From Thermoanaerobaculia bacterium (GTDB taxonomy: Bacteria; Acidobacteriota; Thermoanaerobaculia; Gp7-AA8): a DNA stretch of 64,000 nucleotides. The stretch is from positions 1,916 to 65,915 of the forward strand of contig DASVLC010000050.1 in the NCBI GenBank assembly GCA_036385045.1, read 5' to 3'. The notes under the pieces were generated by a model. That model worked only from the letters and a program-made list of their open reading frames with translations. It did no database searches and was not told the DNA's origin. Of this stretch, positions 47,286 to 57,314 are shown piece by piece (within the stretch, counting starts at the first letter, position 1; every line of letters starts with the position of its first letter). Made by a program: the position numbers and the translations under genes.

Positions 47286-47711
47286 TCATCCAGCGCTGAT
47301 CCGCTGGCCCGCCATCTGGGCGACCGAGCGAGAGACCAGCTCGCGCAATACCACCGCGTCGACATCCGAGAGTCGCTTCAGGTAGAGGCACGACTTGCCG
47401 GTCTTGTGCTTTCCGAGCTTCGCCATCAATTCGTCCTTCCCCTCGAACCCTGACATCAGGTAGAGAGTCAGATCCGACTTCCGCGGAGAAAAGCCTGCGA
47501 CCATCGATTCGCCCTCACGGCCGGATTCGTACTTGTATCGATAGCGGCCGAAGCCAATGATGGCGGGTCCCCACATCACCGGCTCCTCACCGACGATCTC
47601 CCGCATCAGATCGACAAGCGTCAGACAGTCGGCTCGCCGCTTCTCATCCTGCACGCCGTCAATGAACCGCAGCACGTCCCCGCTGGTTGGTTTGGTCTTC
47701 ACCTCGGCCAT
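47286..47711 (-). CDS. DUF1801 (YdhG-like) domain protein
   Basis: 141 aa. The pattern ..VDLMREIVGEEPVMWGPAIIGFG.Y.Y is typical of DUF1801. Confidence 0.6.
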   Translation of the reverse strand: MAEVKTKPTSGDVLRFIDGVQDEKRRADCLTLVDLMREIVGEEPVMWGPAIIGFGRYRYKYESGREGESMVAGFSPRKSDLTLYLMSGFEGKDELMAKLGKHKTGKSCLYLKRLSDVDAVVLRELVSRSVAQMAGQRISAG

Positions 47712-47773
47712 GACTCGCCCTCCGTTGCCCTATTATCGGGCAGGCGAGGCGACCACCGGCAGGGTTCAGTCCA

Positions 47774-49792
47774 TCAACTTCCGGCGCTCTTCAAAAGTGC
47801 CCGCAGCCGTTCCGGATCCGCCGTCGGCTCCTCGCACGCGTAGCCGAAGCAGACGTAGGCCTTCGCCTCACCGGCAGGCCGCCCCTCCATCAGAGGAAGG
47901 TCTGCCGAACCGGCTCCCGCTACGAGCACGTGATGAGGCAGGAACTCACTGCCGACGACCCGGCGTAACGCCTCGAATCCGGGTCCGTCTCCGGTGAGAG
48001 CAACCTCCTTCGGCTGGCCGGTGCGCCACTCTGCAACACCAAGAAGGAAACCGAAACCTGACGGGTACTTGCGCGCTACAGGCCACAGTGCATCGATTGT
48101 CTCCGTCGCGACGCGTGCATACTCCTCGCTCGCGAAGAGCAGCGCGTGTCGCAGCAGCACCTCGCACACGACCGAGTTGCCGCCGGGCGTCGCATTGTCG
48201 AAGAGATCCTTCGGACGCGTGATCAGTTCCTCATGATCGTCCGGGGTGTCATAGAACCCTCCGCTTTCCTGGTCTCTGAAGCGGGCGAGAAGCTGCTCGA
48301 CCAGAGCCCGGGCTGCGTCGAGGTAGCGGCGATCGTGGACCGCCTCATAGGCGCGTGTCAGTCCCCAGGCAACGCCCGCATAGTCCTCGAGCAGGCCATT
48401 GAGACTTGCGTGACGCTTGAGCTTGCCGTGCGTGTCGATGCGGCCGAGAAGAAAATCGGCGTTCTTCCGGACCGTGTCTCGGTACGCCTCTTTGTCGAAC
48501 GCCAGCGACGCCTCGGCGAACGCAGCGAGCATCCAGCCGTTCCATCCCGACAGCAGTTTTTCGTCGCGCGCCGGCCACACTCGTTGTGAGCGAACTCCGT
48601 AAAGCTTGCACTTCCCCCTGACCGACACATCGAACAGCCGATCGAGCGTGATCCCCAGCTCTTCCGCGACACGCTCCGGCGGTCGGGGGACATTCGGGAT
48701 GTTGTGTCCTTCCCAGTTCCCGGCGGCGGTGATGTCATGAAGCGCGCAGAAGATTCTCCCTTCATCGGGGCCGAGAATCTCGACGACCTCTTCCAACGTC
48801 CAGACGTAGAACTTTCCCTCGACCCCTTCCGAGTCGGCGTCGAGCGTGGAGTAGAACGCACCGTCGGGAGACGTCATCTCACGCTGGACGAATCCGAGAA
48901 TCTCGTTCGCGATCTCGGCAAACAGCGGCTCTTTCGTCCACTGCCAGGCGCGCGTGTAGACACGGGCGAGCAGTGCATTGTCGTAGAGCATCTTCTCGAA
49001 ATGCGGCACCAGCCAGCGCTCGTCGACCGAGTAGCGATGGAATCCGCCACCCACCTGGTCGTACATTCCGCCACGCGCCATCTTCGTGAGAGTCGTGACG
49101 ATGATCTCCCGGAATTTCGCATCGCCGTTGCGATCGGCCACCTGCATCAGAAAATCGAGCGCCATCGACGGAGGAAACTTCGGAGCACTGCCGAACCCAC
49201 CGTTCACCTCGTCGTAGGTCGAGACGATTTGCGCGGCGCAGAGATCGAGTCCTGAACGGTCGGGACCTTCACCTTCGGAAGCCGGACGCCCCCGCAGGTG
49301 ACCCGACAGCATCTTCTTCATTTCGAGAGACGCTTCCTCAACGTCTCCTCGACGCGTTCGGTAGACGTTCGCGACGTGCTCGAGCACCTGTCGGAAGGAC
49401 GGCATGCCATGCCGCGGCTCGGGCGGAAAGTAGGTGCCGGAGAAGAAAGGAAGGCCAGCGGGCGTCAAAAACATCGACATTGGCCAGCCGCCGTGTCCCG
49501 TCATCATCTGCACCGCCTGCATGTAGATCGAGTCGACGTCGGGCCGCTCTTCGCGATCGACCTTGATCGAGACGAAGTGTTCGCTGAGCACAGCGGCGAT
49601 GGCCGGATCTTCGAACGACTCCCGCTCCATCACGTGGCACCAGTGACAGGCCGAGTAGCCGATCGAGAGAAAGACCGGCCGGTCTTCGTCCCTCGCCTTC
49701 GTCCATGCCTCCTCACCCCACGGAAACCAGTCGACCGGGTTGTGAGCATGCTGAAGAAGGTAGGGCGAGATCTCGTTCGCAAGGCGGTTCAT
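47774..49792 (-). CDS. thioredoxin-domain protein (DUF255/YyaL family) with six-hairpin glycosidase-like C-terminal region
   Basis: 672 aa. The N-terminal region [22 protein letters not shown] is characteristic of the family. Confidence 0.85.
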   Translation of the reverse strand: MNRLANEISPYLLQHAHNPVDWFPWGEEAWTKARDEDRPVFLSIGYSACHWCHVMERESFEDPAIAAVLSEHFVSIKVDREERPDVDSIYMQAVQMMTGHGGWPMSMFLTPAGLPFFSGTYFPPEPRHGMPSFRQVLEHVANVYRTRRGDVEEASLEMKKMLSGHLRGRPASEGEGPDRSGLDLCAAQIVSTYDEVNGGFGSAPKFPPSMALDFLMQVADRNGDAKFREIIVTTLTKMARGGMYDQVGGGFHRYSVDERWLVPHFEKMLYDNALLARVYTRAWQWTKEPLFAEIANEILGFVQREMTSPDGAFYSTLDADSEGVEGKFYVWTLEEVVEILGPDEGRIFCALHDITAAGNWEGHNIPNVPRPPERVAEELGITLDRLFDVSVRGKCKLYGVRSQRVWPARDEKLLSGWNGWMLAAFAEASLAFDKEAYRDTVRKNADFLLGRIDTHGKLKRHASLNGLLEDYAGVAWGLTRAYEAVHDRRYLDAARALVEQLLARFRDQESGGFYDTPDDHEELITRPKDLFDNATPGGNSVVCEVLLRHALLFASEEYARVATETIDALWPVARKYPSGFGFLLGVAEWRTGQPKEVALTGDGPGFEALRRVVGSEFLPHHVLVAGAGSADLPLMEGRPAGEAKAYVCFGYACEEPTADPERLRALLKSAGS

Positions 49793-49885
49793 GCAAGGAG
49801 TCTATCGCTCCTGCAAAGGAACAACCCGTCCACTGCGGCTGAGCACGATGACATGAGGCAAGAGTCTCAAGTGCTGTGGTGCGAG

Positions 49886-50072
49886 GAACAACCAACCGCC
49901 CAACGTCACCCCGAGCGGGCGGGTGGGCGGGCATGCGAGGGGCCTCGCAAGCTAGTACTCCGTAACGCTCAGGCCAGGCGGATGCTCCGACCTCTTACGC
50001 CTCAACGTTATAGGCATCAGGCGAGGCCCCTCGCGTGCCCACCCGCCCGCCCGCTCGGGGTGACGTTGGGCG
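49886..50072. repeat. Family R repeats R1 (49886-49997, +) and R2 (50023-50072, inverted partial)
   Basis: The core is AACGTCACCCCGAGCGGGCGGGTGGGCGGGCATGCGAGGGGCCTCGCAAGC. R1 and R2 together form a ~50-bp-arm inverted repeat. Confidence 0.75.
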
Positions 50073-50143
50073 AAGAGATCGGTTGTGGTGCGATGCCAGG
50101 GTCTACGACGCGTGGGGACTCCGGGCCGAGGTACGCTTGGCCG

Positions 50144-50467
50144 ATGAGACGTCTGTACTTCGCTTACATCATGATGAGCCGAAGCGGGGTGGCGCTCTAT
50201 ACCGGGGTCACGAACGATCTCGCACGACGTGTGAGCGAACATCACGAGGGAACGGGCAATGCCTTCTCCTCGCAGTATCGGACCTGGCGGCTCGTATGGT
50301 TCGAGGCGTATGCGACGCCGACAGAGGCGATTGCAAGGGAAAAGCAGATCAAGAGCTGGCGCCGAGCGCGGAAAGAAGCTCTGATCCGCTCGACGAATCC
50401 TATGCTTCTGGATCTCTCCGAGGAGGCAGCACAGGCTTCGGCCGAAGCCGAGTTTCGCGTCATATGA
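50144..50467 (+). CDS. GIY-YIG nuclease superfamily protein (COG2827-like)
   Basis: 107 aa, with YFAYIM..ALYTGVTNDLARRVSEH and EAIAREKQIKSWRRAKK-type motifs. The long 389-aa track ORF is antisense to the upstream gene and was rejected. Confidence 0.8.
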   Translation: MRRLYFAYIMMSRSGVALYTGVTNDLARRVSEHHEGTGNAFSSQYRTWRLVWFEAYATPTEAIAREKQIKSWRRARKEALIRSTNPMLLDLSEEAAQASAEAEFRVI

Positions 50468-50498
50468 GCCCGACGTCACCGCGGTGGCTACCGCCACG

Positions 50499-50753
50499 AA
50501 CAACCAACCGCCAAAACGTCACCCCGAGCGGGCGGGTGGGCGGGCATGCGAGGGGCCTCGCAAGCTGCGTATTCCGTAACGCTGATGCCAGGCAGAGGCA
50601 TCGACGGTACCGTTTTTCCAGATGTTGGAATGGCGCTACAGGCGATCAACCACCCAAAACGTCACCCCGAGCGGGCGGGTGGGCGGGCATGCGAGGGGCC
50701 TCGCAAGCTAGTACTCCGTAGCCCGCAGGTCAGGCGGATGCACCGTCCTCTTA
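50499..50753 (+). repeat. Family R repeats R3 (50499-50590) and R4 (50646-50753)
   Basis: Same core as R1. R4 also shares the R1 tail GCAAGCTAGTACTCCGTA..CAGG.CAGGCGGATGC.CCG.CCTCTTA. Confidence 0.75.
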
Positions 50754-50798
50754 GGACTCACCGGCGCCGAGCGCGGAAAGAGGCCACGCTCCGCACTC

Positions 50799-52682
50799 CT
50801 ACCCCGCCACCACCGGTTTCTGGATCGCCTCGAGCAGTTGCGGCGGGAAGGCTCGCATCTCGAAGTATTCGCTCTCGAGCTCTTCGACCTGGAAGCGGTC
50901 GAGACCGGAGTTCGAGAGGAAGTCGTTCCGCAGCTTCGTGTCCTGCTCTTCGACAATGCGTGGCAGGAGCTGGTTGATGTAGAAGGCCTCGAGCCGGATC
51001 TTGGTGATGACCTCTTCCAGCAGACCCTCGTTGACCATGTCCTGCAGTTCGTGCAATGCGTGGTCATGCGCGATCTCCGCGCGAATCTCCCGGCGGAAGG
51101 TTTCTCGCCCTTCCACCGTATTGAGTTCGAGATAGAAGTTCGACATCCGGCGCCGGGCGAGGTTGTAAGCCGCAAAGAACGCTCTCTCGTTCCGATTGAT
51201 CGTGGTGATGGCGTCGACGACGTCCGCAATCGAAGCCTCGTTGTTCTCGATCGAGATCATCCCGAGCGTCAGCGCATAAAGCTTCTTCTTCCCGTAAGCG
51301 AGGGCGTATTCATTGTTGACGACCGGATCGATGAAGAGCCGCTGAAAGAGCCCTCGCCGTAGCTTTTCGAACACCTGCATGTTGCCGAGAAGTGACCGCA
51401 CCTGCTCCTGCGAGAGCTCGATGTCGTCCATGAACGCCAGCTTGTTGATCAGCGTCGTCGTGTGGTCGATCCGGTCGAACAGCGTCACGAGCTCGCCGAA
51501 CGATTCGAGACGCTCGAAGTCGTGTTCCTCCCGGCCGATCTCGTCGATCAGCCGTCCGGTCTCGAGCAGGAGCTCCTCGAAGGTCTGGTCGCGGTTGGCT
51601 GCGGCGCGCTGCTTGTTCTCCATCAGCTGCACGAGATCGAGCGAGGAGAGCTTGCGGGTGATGTTGCGCCCGAGGAGGAAGCCTCCGAGGATCTCCCGCG
51701 TCGACTGGATGTAGTCGGGCTCGTCTTTTTTGTGGACGACGGCACGCGGCTCCTGGAGGACGATCTCTTCGAGCGTGTCGAAGATCGAGAGGGGGACCTC
51801 GTTGCGGAGTGAGAGGGTTCTGAGCCGCATCAGTCGTGCGCGAGCCGAGGAGTCGATTGTCGTGCCGGCACACGACGCGAGAATCCGTTTGTACTCGTCA
51901 ATCAACTCCTGGTTGTCGGGATGGTGATAGATGACGTCGATCTGGATCCGCTCGCGCTGGTAGGGCTCGATCGGCAGATCAGCCAGCGCGCCGGCGACTT
52001 CTTCGAGCGAGCGAGTCGAGCGGTAGGCGCCTTCACACAGCTCGGCAAATCGCTGATTGGGCCGGTTCACGATTCGCATGAGAACCAGCGTCGTATCGGG
52101 CTCATTGAGAGCTTCCAGTACCTCGTGAGCCAGCGCGAGAAACTGGCCGGCCCCCACTCTCAGCGACCTTTTGAGGAGCCTCCCGGCGCTCTTCAGCGTC
52201 GCCTCCTGCCGGTCGCCGACGTCCTTGTATCGCTTCCTGTCATCGACGAAAAAGAGATAGTTGGCGATCGCGTTGCCCTGCAGGAACAGGTTGTCCCAGC
52301 GCTCGAACCCCTCGGTTGAGGCGTTGAAGCGCAGCTCGTGAGTCTTCGGATCGGCAGTCGTACCGAACAGCACGAGCCGGTTCACCACCTCTTCGTTCAG
52401 CAGATCTCCGACGGGAAGATGTCCGCCGAACATGTACTCCCCGAAGATCCCGCCGTTGCCGCGAAAACGGACCCCTTCAGGGTTGAGCGCGATCTCCGAG
52501 CTGCCACCGAAGTAGCGGACGATATCGCCGCGCGGCGCAGCGATCTGCTCGAAGAAGAAGCGCCTGTCGACATCAGGACCGGCCACCGCGGCGAAGTACT
52601 CGATGGTATTGCCGACGAATCCGTGGTGGACGATGGCGCGGATCACGCCAGCGATTGTAGACGCGCCACTGCCGCACCGCAC
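50799..52682 (-). CDS. large soluble hypothetical protein (627 aa)
   Basis: A long ORF with normal coding-like composition, no TM segments and no motif I recognise. It starts 21 nt after the recombinase stop. The start is GTG 52682 or GTG 52646. Confidence 0.6.
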   Translation of the reverse strand: MRCGSGASTIAGVIRAIVHHGFVGNTIEYFAAVAGPDVDRRFFFEQIAAPRGDIVRYFGGSSEIALNPEGVRFRGNGGIFGEYMFGGHLPVGDLLNEEVVNRLVLFGTTADPKTHELRFNASTEGFERWDNLFLQGNAIANYLFFVDDRKRYKDVGDRQEATLKSAGRLLKRSLRVGAGQFLALAHEVLEALNEPDTTLVLMRIVNRPNQRFAELCEGAYRSTRSLEEVAGALADLPIEPYQRERIQIDVIYHHPDNQELIDEYKRILASCAGTTIDSSARARLMRLRTLSLRNEVPLSIFDTLEEIVLQEPRAVVHKKDEPDYIQSTREILGGFLLGRNITRKLSSLDLVQLMENKQRAAANRDQTFEELLLETGRLIDEIGREEHDFERLESFGELVTLFDRIDHTTTLINKLAFMDDIELSQEQVRSLLGNMQVFEKLRRGLFQRLFIDPVVNNEYALAYGKKKLYALTLGMISIENNEASIADVVDAITTINRNERAFFAAYNLARRRMSNFYLELNTVEGRETFRREIRAEIAHDHALHELQDMVNEGLLEEVITKIRLEAFYINQLLPRIVEEQDTKLRNDFLSNSGLDRFQVEELESEYFEMRAFPPQLLEAIQKPVVAG

Positions 52683-52703
52683 GGCAACATCCCTGGTAAC
52701 ACC

Positions 52704-53612
52704 TCAGGCGCGAGGGTGGGACTTCTTGTAGACGGCGATCAGCTGCCAGTCGTTCAGGTGCGTGTATTTCTGCGTGGTCGACAGCGAGGCGTGTCCCAGC
52801 AACTCCTGAATTCCTCGCAGGTCCGCGCCGGCATTGAGGAGATGTGTCGCGAACGAATGGCGCATCGTGTGAGGCGAGATTCCGGCCCGGAGCGATGCAC
52901 CACGCAGATAGCCGTCGAACAACCGGCGAATGCTTCGCGTCGTAATTCTCTCTCCCCGGTAGTTGAGAAACACCGCCTGTTCTTCCACGTCCCGCAGGAG
53001 ATCGCCTCGCGTCGCCAGCCAGGCTCGGAGTGCCGTCTCCGCCTTCGATCCGAAGGGCACGATTCGCTCCTTCGATCCCTTCCCCCTCACTTTGACGAGG
53101 CGCGATCGCAACTCCAGATCATCCAGATCCACGCCGACCAGTTCACTGATGCGCAGGCCGGAGGCGTAGAGCAGCTCGAGCCATGCCGCGTCCCGGATTC
53201 CGAGTGGCGTCTCCATGTCGGGCTGCTCGAGCAGCAAAGCGATGTCGGACGTCTGCATCACCGCGGGAAGATGCTTTTCCTTCTTCGGAGTCGTCACCCC
53301 GCGCGCGGGATTGGCGTCGACGACACCCTCGCGAACCAGATAGCGGAAAAAGGTCCGGAGCGCCGACAGATGGCGGGCCACCGAGGCGCGGCTCAACTTC
53401 CGGCGGGCAAGATGCGCCAGGTAGGCACGGACCGAGAGATGGTCGATGCGGGCCAGTTCCAGCTGATCCCGCCCCATCGTGAGGTAGTCCTCGCTGAGGA
53501 AAGCGATGAATGATTCGAGGTCGGTGCGGTACGCACTCACCGTGTTCGGCGATACGTTCCGCTCGAACGTCAGATAGTCGAGAAACTGCCCGATCTCGTT
53601 CGTCACCCGCAC
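52704..53612 (-). CDS. tyrosine recombinase, XerC/XerD family
   Basis: 302 aa, with an SAM-like N-domain and the catalytic region RHSFATHLL..GADLRGIQELLGHASLSTTQKYTH. GTG start. Confidence 0.85.
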   Translation of the reverse strand: MRVTNEIGQFLDYLTFERNVSPNTVSAYRTDLESFIAFLSEDYLTMGRDQLELARIDHLSVRAYLAHLARRKLSRASVARHLSALRTFFRYLVREGVVDANPARGVTTPKKEKHLPAVMQTSDIALLLEQPDMETPLGIRDAAWLELLYASGLRISELVGVDLDDLELRSRLVKVRGKGSKERIVPFGSKAETALRAWLATRGDLLRDVEEQAVFLNYRGERITTRSIRRLFDGYLRGASLRAGISPHTMRHSFATHLLNAGADLRGIQELLGHASLSTTQKYTHLNDWQLIAVYKKSHPRA

Positions 53613-53734
53613 CCTCCGCTCACGCGCCCATGATACAGGGCCGGCCAGAGCCGAAGTGGCCTATCTGCTTTGTTGCACCACGGTTTCCGCCGGGCCTCCT
53701 CCACCACGAACGGCTTTGGCTGAGACACCACGCG

Positions 53735-53959
53735 TGACGCGCGAAGGCGCGTCAGACAATCTAGCCCCGTGCTCTGCACGGGGTAACCGGATGCAATCCA
53801 AAGGTGACCGCGAAGGCGGTCACGACAACGGGAGACCGAGCAGATGCGATCCGGACGCATGGTTTTGTGGCGGCCGCCTTCGCGGCCGCCGGAACACGCT
53901 CGCCGGCGTTCCCCGCGCAGAGCGCGGGGCCAGATTGTGCGACGCGCCTTCGCGCGTCG
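53735..53959. repeat. Family H: inverted pair of ~90-nt units, each with three GC-rich stem-loops
   Basis: The left unit is 53735-53823 and the right unit 53869-53959. The stems are GACGCGC-GAAG-GCGCGTC, CCCCGYGC-TCT-GCRCGGGG and a CCGC-GAAG-GCGG stem. A central hairpin lies at 53844-53860. Confidence 0.75.
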
Positions 53960-54162
53960 ACCGTGCCAGCATCGACTCCATGTGTGACGAGGCCATTCTC
54001 ACGGCCCTTCGTCGCGAGATAGAGATAGTCGAGAGTGGCCTGAATGCGAGGTGGTGGCAATTTCGGCGTCGACGGCTGGGCCGGCAGGCGCCCTCCTCAC
54101 CGCTACTGCAGTCCCGCCCGTGCTTGTGCTACGTTACGCCTCCCCCTGGAGGGCCTCGCACC

Positions 54163-55254
54163 ATGGCTGACGACTCCCTGAAGAAAACACCGCTCAACCA
54201 GCTCGAAAAGGATCTCGGCGGCTCGATGGTCGACTTCGGCGGCTGGGAGTTGCCCGTGCTGTATGACGGCATCCTCAAGGAGCACGACGCCGTACGTACC
54301 TCGGCCGGGATTTTCGACGTCTCTCACATGGGAGAGATCACAGTCCGCGGTCCTCAGGCGCTCGACCTGCTGCAAATGGCCACGAGCAACGATGTTTCGA
54401 AGCTCGATGATGGCCGGGCGCATTACACCGGTCTCCTCTATCCCTCAGGAGGCTTCGTCGACGACATCCTCATCTATCGCATGGCAGCGGACGACTACTT
54501 CCTCGTCGTCAACGCCTCGAATACCGACAAGGACTTCGAGTGGCTCCAGCAGGCGGCTGCAGGGCTCGACGTGGAACTGAAAAACGTCAGCCCCGAGTAC
54601 GCCCAGCTGGCGATTCAGGGTCCCCTGGCCGAAAGGATCCTGCAGCCGTTCGTCGACACCTCGCTGGCAGCGATCAAGTACTACCGGTTTGCCAGTACGA
54701 GCGCCTGTGGTGCGGCGGCGATCGTCTCGCGTACGGGGTACACGGGTGAAGATGGCTTCGAGGTCTACCTGGCCCCGGAGCAGGCGCCCCACCTGATGAA
54801 GTCTCTGGTGGACGCGGGAGCAAAGCCGTGCGGCCTCGGTGCGCGAGACACTCTCCGCCTCGAAGCGAAGATGGCGCTCTACGGGAACGACATTGACGAG
54901 ACCACCACCCCCCTCGAAGCCGACCTCGGCTGGATCGTGAAACTCGATAAAGGCGACTTCACCGGACGCGATGTACTGGCGAAACAGGCCGCGGATGGGC
55001 CACGGCGGAAGCTCGTCGGCTTCGAGATGATCGACCGCGGAATCGCCCGGCACGGCTATCCCATCGTTACGGACGGCGAGGAGACCGGCGTCGTCACCAG
55101 TGGTACCCACTCGCCGTCATTGAAAAAGGCGATCGGTCTCGCTTATCTTCCGCTCGACGAGTCGGCTCACGGGACCGAGATCCGGGTTCTGATTCGCGGC
55201 AAAGAGACCCTGGCTCGTGTCGTCCCGACGCCGTTCTACAAACGCGCCAGATGA
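54163..55254 (+). CDS. gcvT: glycine cleavage system aminomethyltransferase T
   Basis: 363 aa from [11 protein letters not shown], with [16 protein letters not shown] and [12 protein letters not shown]. Confidence 0.9.
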   Translation: MADDSLKKTPLNQLEKDLGGSMVDFGGWELPVLYDGILKEHDAVRTSAGIFDVSHMGEITVRGPQALDLLQMATSNDVSKLDDGRAHYTGLLYPSGGFVDDILIYRMAADDYFLVVNASNTDKDFEWLQQAAAGLDVELKNVSPEYAQLAIQGPLAERILQPFVDTSLAAIKYYRFASTSACGAAAIVSRTGYTGEDGFEVYLAPEQAPHLMKSLVDAGAKPCGLGARDTLRLEAKMALYGNDIDETTTPLEADLGWIVKLDKGDFTGRDVLAKQAADGPRRKLVGFEMIDRGIARHGYPIVTDGEETGVVTSGTHSPSLKKAIGLAYLPLDESAHGTEIRVLIRGKETLARVVPTPFYKRAR

Positions 55255-55329
55255 TGCGAGGCTCGCCGCTCGCGCGGTCAGGACGCTGAGCCAGGGTAGA
55301 ACTCGATCGCACGCAAGGAGAGAAACAGA

Positions 55330-55722
55330 ATGAGCACGCCGGAAGACAACCGTTACGCCAAGAGCCATGAGTACGTACACCCCGATGGCGACATCGGCAC
55401 CATCGGCATCACCGATTACGCACAGAAAGAACTCGGGGACGTCGTCTTCGTCGAGCTGCCTCAGGTCGGAGCAGAGCTGGAAGCGGGGGATGAGCTCGGC
55501 AGCATCGAGTCGGTGAAAGCGGTTTCGGAGCTCTTCTCACCTGTGTCCGGAACGGTGACCGAGGTGAACGATGCGCTCACCGAGAAGCCGGATCTGATCA
55601 ACACCGATCCATGGGGCGACGGCTGGATGGTGAGGATCAAGCTCAAGGATCCGACCGAAGTCGACGAATTGATGACCGCCGAGGAGTACGACGAGTACCT
55701 GGAGAAGGAATCGGGGCACTGA
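55330..55722 (+). CDS. gcvH: glycine cleavage system protein H
   Basis: 130 aa with the lipoyl-lysine context IESVKAVSELFSPVSG. AAGGAG RBS. Confidence 0.95.
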   Translation: MSTPEDNRYAKSHEYVHPDGDIGTIGITDYAQKELGDVVFVELPQVGAELEAGDELGSIESVKAVSELFSPVSGTVTEVNDALTEKPDLINTDPWGDGWMVRIKLKDPTEVDELMTAEEYDEYLEKESGH

Positions 55723-55784
55723 GGCGCGCGAGCTTCGCTGGCCGGATCGTGGGGCAAAGCACGAGAAAGCTAAGCGATAAATTC

Positions 55785-55800
55785 GAACTATTAATAGTTC
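55785..55800. promoter_or_regulatory. perfect 16-bp palindrome GAACTATTAATAGTTC in an AT-rich spacer
   Basis: It sits in the 127-nt gcvH-gcvPA spacer and is followed by the T-rich tract TGCTTTTCATTTCTTTTATT. Confidence 0.4.
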
Positions 55801-55849
55801 TGCTTTTCATTTCTTTTATTAACTACCGGTATGTTGCGCCAAATCCATC

Positions 55850-57244
55850 ATGAGTAATCTCCCCGATCCCACCGACCCGAAGTCGTCCCATCGCTACATC
55901 CCCAACGCTGGTGAAGACATCCGCGAGATGCTGGCCACCGTCGGAGTCGATTCCATCGATCGGCTTTTCGACTCGATTCCTGATGCCGTCAAGCTCGATC
56001 GGCTGCTCGACATCCCGGGCCCCTGGTCCGAGGTGGAGTCGCGGAACTGGTTCCGCTCGCTCGCTGCCCGGAACATCACGGCAGTCGACCGCGTCTCGTT
56101 CCTCGGCGGCGGAGCCTATGCCCATTACCAGCCGGCGTGCATCGATCAGTTGCTGACGCGTGCCGAGTTTCTGACGGCGTACACACCGTATCAGCCGGAA
56201 GTCTCTCAGGGGACGCTGCAGTCGATCTTCGAGTATCAGACACACCAGTGCCTGCTGACGGGTCTCGACGTTGCCAACGCCTCGCTCTACGACGGCTCGA
56301 CCGCGCTCTGCGAGGCGGTGCTGCTCGCGGAGCGGCTCGCGAAGGGAAAAACCAAGATCGTACTCGCGAAGTCGATTCACCCTCACTACCGCGAGACGGT
56401 TCGGACCTACGTGCAGAACCTCGGGATCGAGATCGTCGAAGTCGGGTGGGGTGCGGACGGCCGTATCGACATCGACGTCCTGCGCACGCAGGTCGACGGC
56501 GCGTTCGCCGTCGCGATCCAGTCGCCGAACTTCTTCGGAGTCGTCGAGGACTACGACGCCATCGCGGCTGCCTCGGGCGAGGCGACGAAGATCTCTGTGA
56601 TTGCCGAAGCGAGCTCTCTCGGCATCCTCTCGCCTCCGGGTGCCCACGGCTTCGACATCTGTGTCGGCGAAGGGCAGGCCTGGGGTATTCCGACGCAGTT
56701 TGGCGGTCCCTATGTCGGCTTCATGGTCGTTCGTGAAGCGCTGAAGCGCCATATGCCAGGCCGGCTCGTTGGTGAGACCGTCGACGTCGATGGTCGCCGC
56801 GCTTACGTACTGACGCTTGCCACGCGCGAGCAACATATCCGCCGCGGAAAGGCGACCTCGAACATCTGCACGAACCAGGCACTCATCGCCCTCGCAGCGA
56901 ACATGTATCTCTCGCTCCTCGGAAAAGAGGGGCTGCGTGAAGTGGCGACCCAGTGCCTGCAGAAGGCGGCATATCTGCGCGGGAAGCTCGGCGAGATCTC
57001 CGACGTCGAGTTGCCGTTCAGCGGTCCCGTCTACAACGAGCTCGTCGTACGAACTCCGTTCCCCGCCGCCGGAATCCTCGAGGATCTCGAACACGAGGGG
57101 ATCCTTGGTGGCATTCCTCTCGGAACCTTCTTCGAGGGACACGACAACGACTTCCTCGTCGCGGTCACCGAACTGAACACCTCCGAACAGATCGACCGTT
57201 ATGCTGCCGTTCTGAGTGCCGCGATCTCCCGGGCACGACGTTGA
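55850..57244 (+). CDS. gcvPA: glycine dehydrogenase (aminomethyl-transferring) subunit 1
   Basis: 464 aa, with HRYIPN near the N-terminus and FLGGGAY, YTPYQPEVSQG motifs. Confidence 0.9.
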   Translation: MSNLPDPTDPKSSHRYIPNAGEDIREMLATVGVDSIDRLFDSIPDAVKLDRLLDIPGPWSEVESRNWFRSLAARNITAVDRVSFLGGGAYAHYQPACIDQLLTRAEFLTAYTPYQPEVSQGTLQSIFEYQTHQCLLTGLDVANASLYDGSTALCEAVLLAERLAKGKTKIVLAKSIHPHYRETVRTYVQNLGIEIVEVGWGADGRIDIDVLRTQVDGAFAVAIQSPNFFGVVEDYDAIAAASGEATKISVIAEASSLGILSPPGAHGFDICVGEGQAWGIPTQFGGPYVGFMVVREALKRHMPGRLVGETVDVDGRRAYVLTLATREQHIRRGKATSNICTNQALIALAANMYLSLLGKEGLREVATQCLQKAAYLRGKLGEISDVELPFSGPVYNELVVRTPFPAAGILEDLEHEGILGGIPLGTFFEGHDNDFLVAVTELNTSEQIDRYAAVLSAAISRARR

Positions 57245-57314
57245 CCATCAACAGTCAGGGCCAGAACGTCCTGAGAGCCTCCGGACCGGGTTGCGCCCGG
57301 CAGATGTGAGACCG

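Noticed and set aside
49298-50143. N-terminal 282 codons of the 389-aa track ORF ending in the GIY-YIG domain
   Set aside because: This part is antisense to the DUF255 gene and then runs through R repeats. Only the last 107 codons (from ATG 50144) look like a real GIY-YIG protein.
49886-50753. Possible CRISPR array (repeated ~50-100-nt units)
   Set aside because: The repeats are in mixed orientation, of unequal length and irregularly spaced, with a protein gene between them. No cas genes are in the window.
52704-53612. Integrase marking a genomic island or prophage
   Set aside because: The protein looks like a housekeeping XerC/D-type recombinase. There is no adjacent tRNA, no att-like direct repeats that I could see, and no phage genes.
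53960-54162. Looked for a glycine riboswitch upstream of gcvT
   Set aside because: I could not find the conserved GGAGAG .. ACCGAAGGGGCAA-type cores by eye. The hairpins further upstream are repeat family H, not riboswitch aptamers. A covariance-model scan (RF00504) would be decisive.
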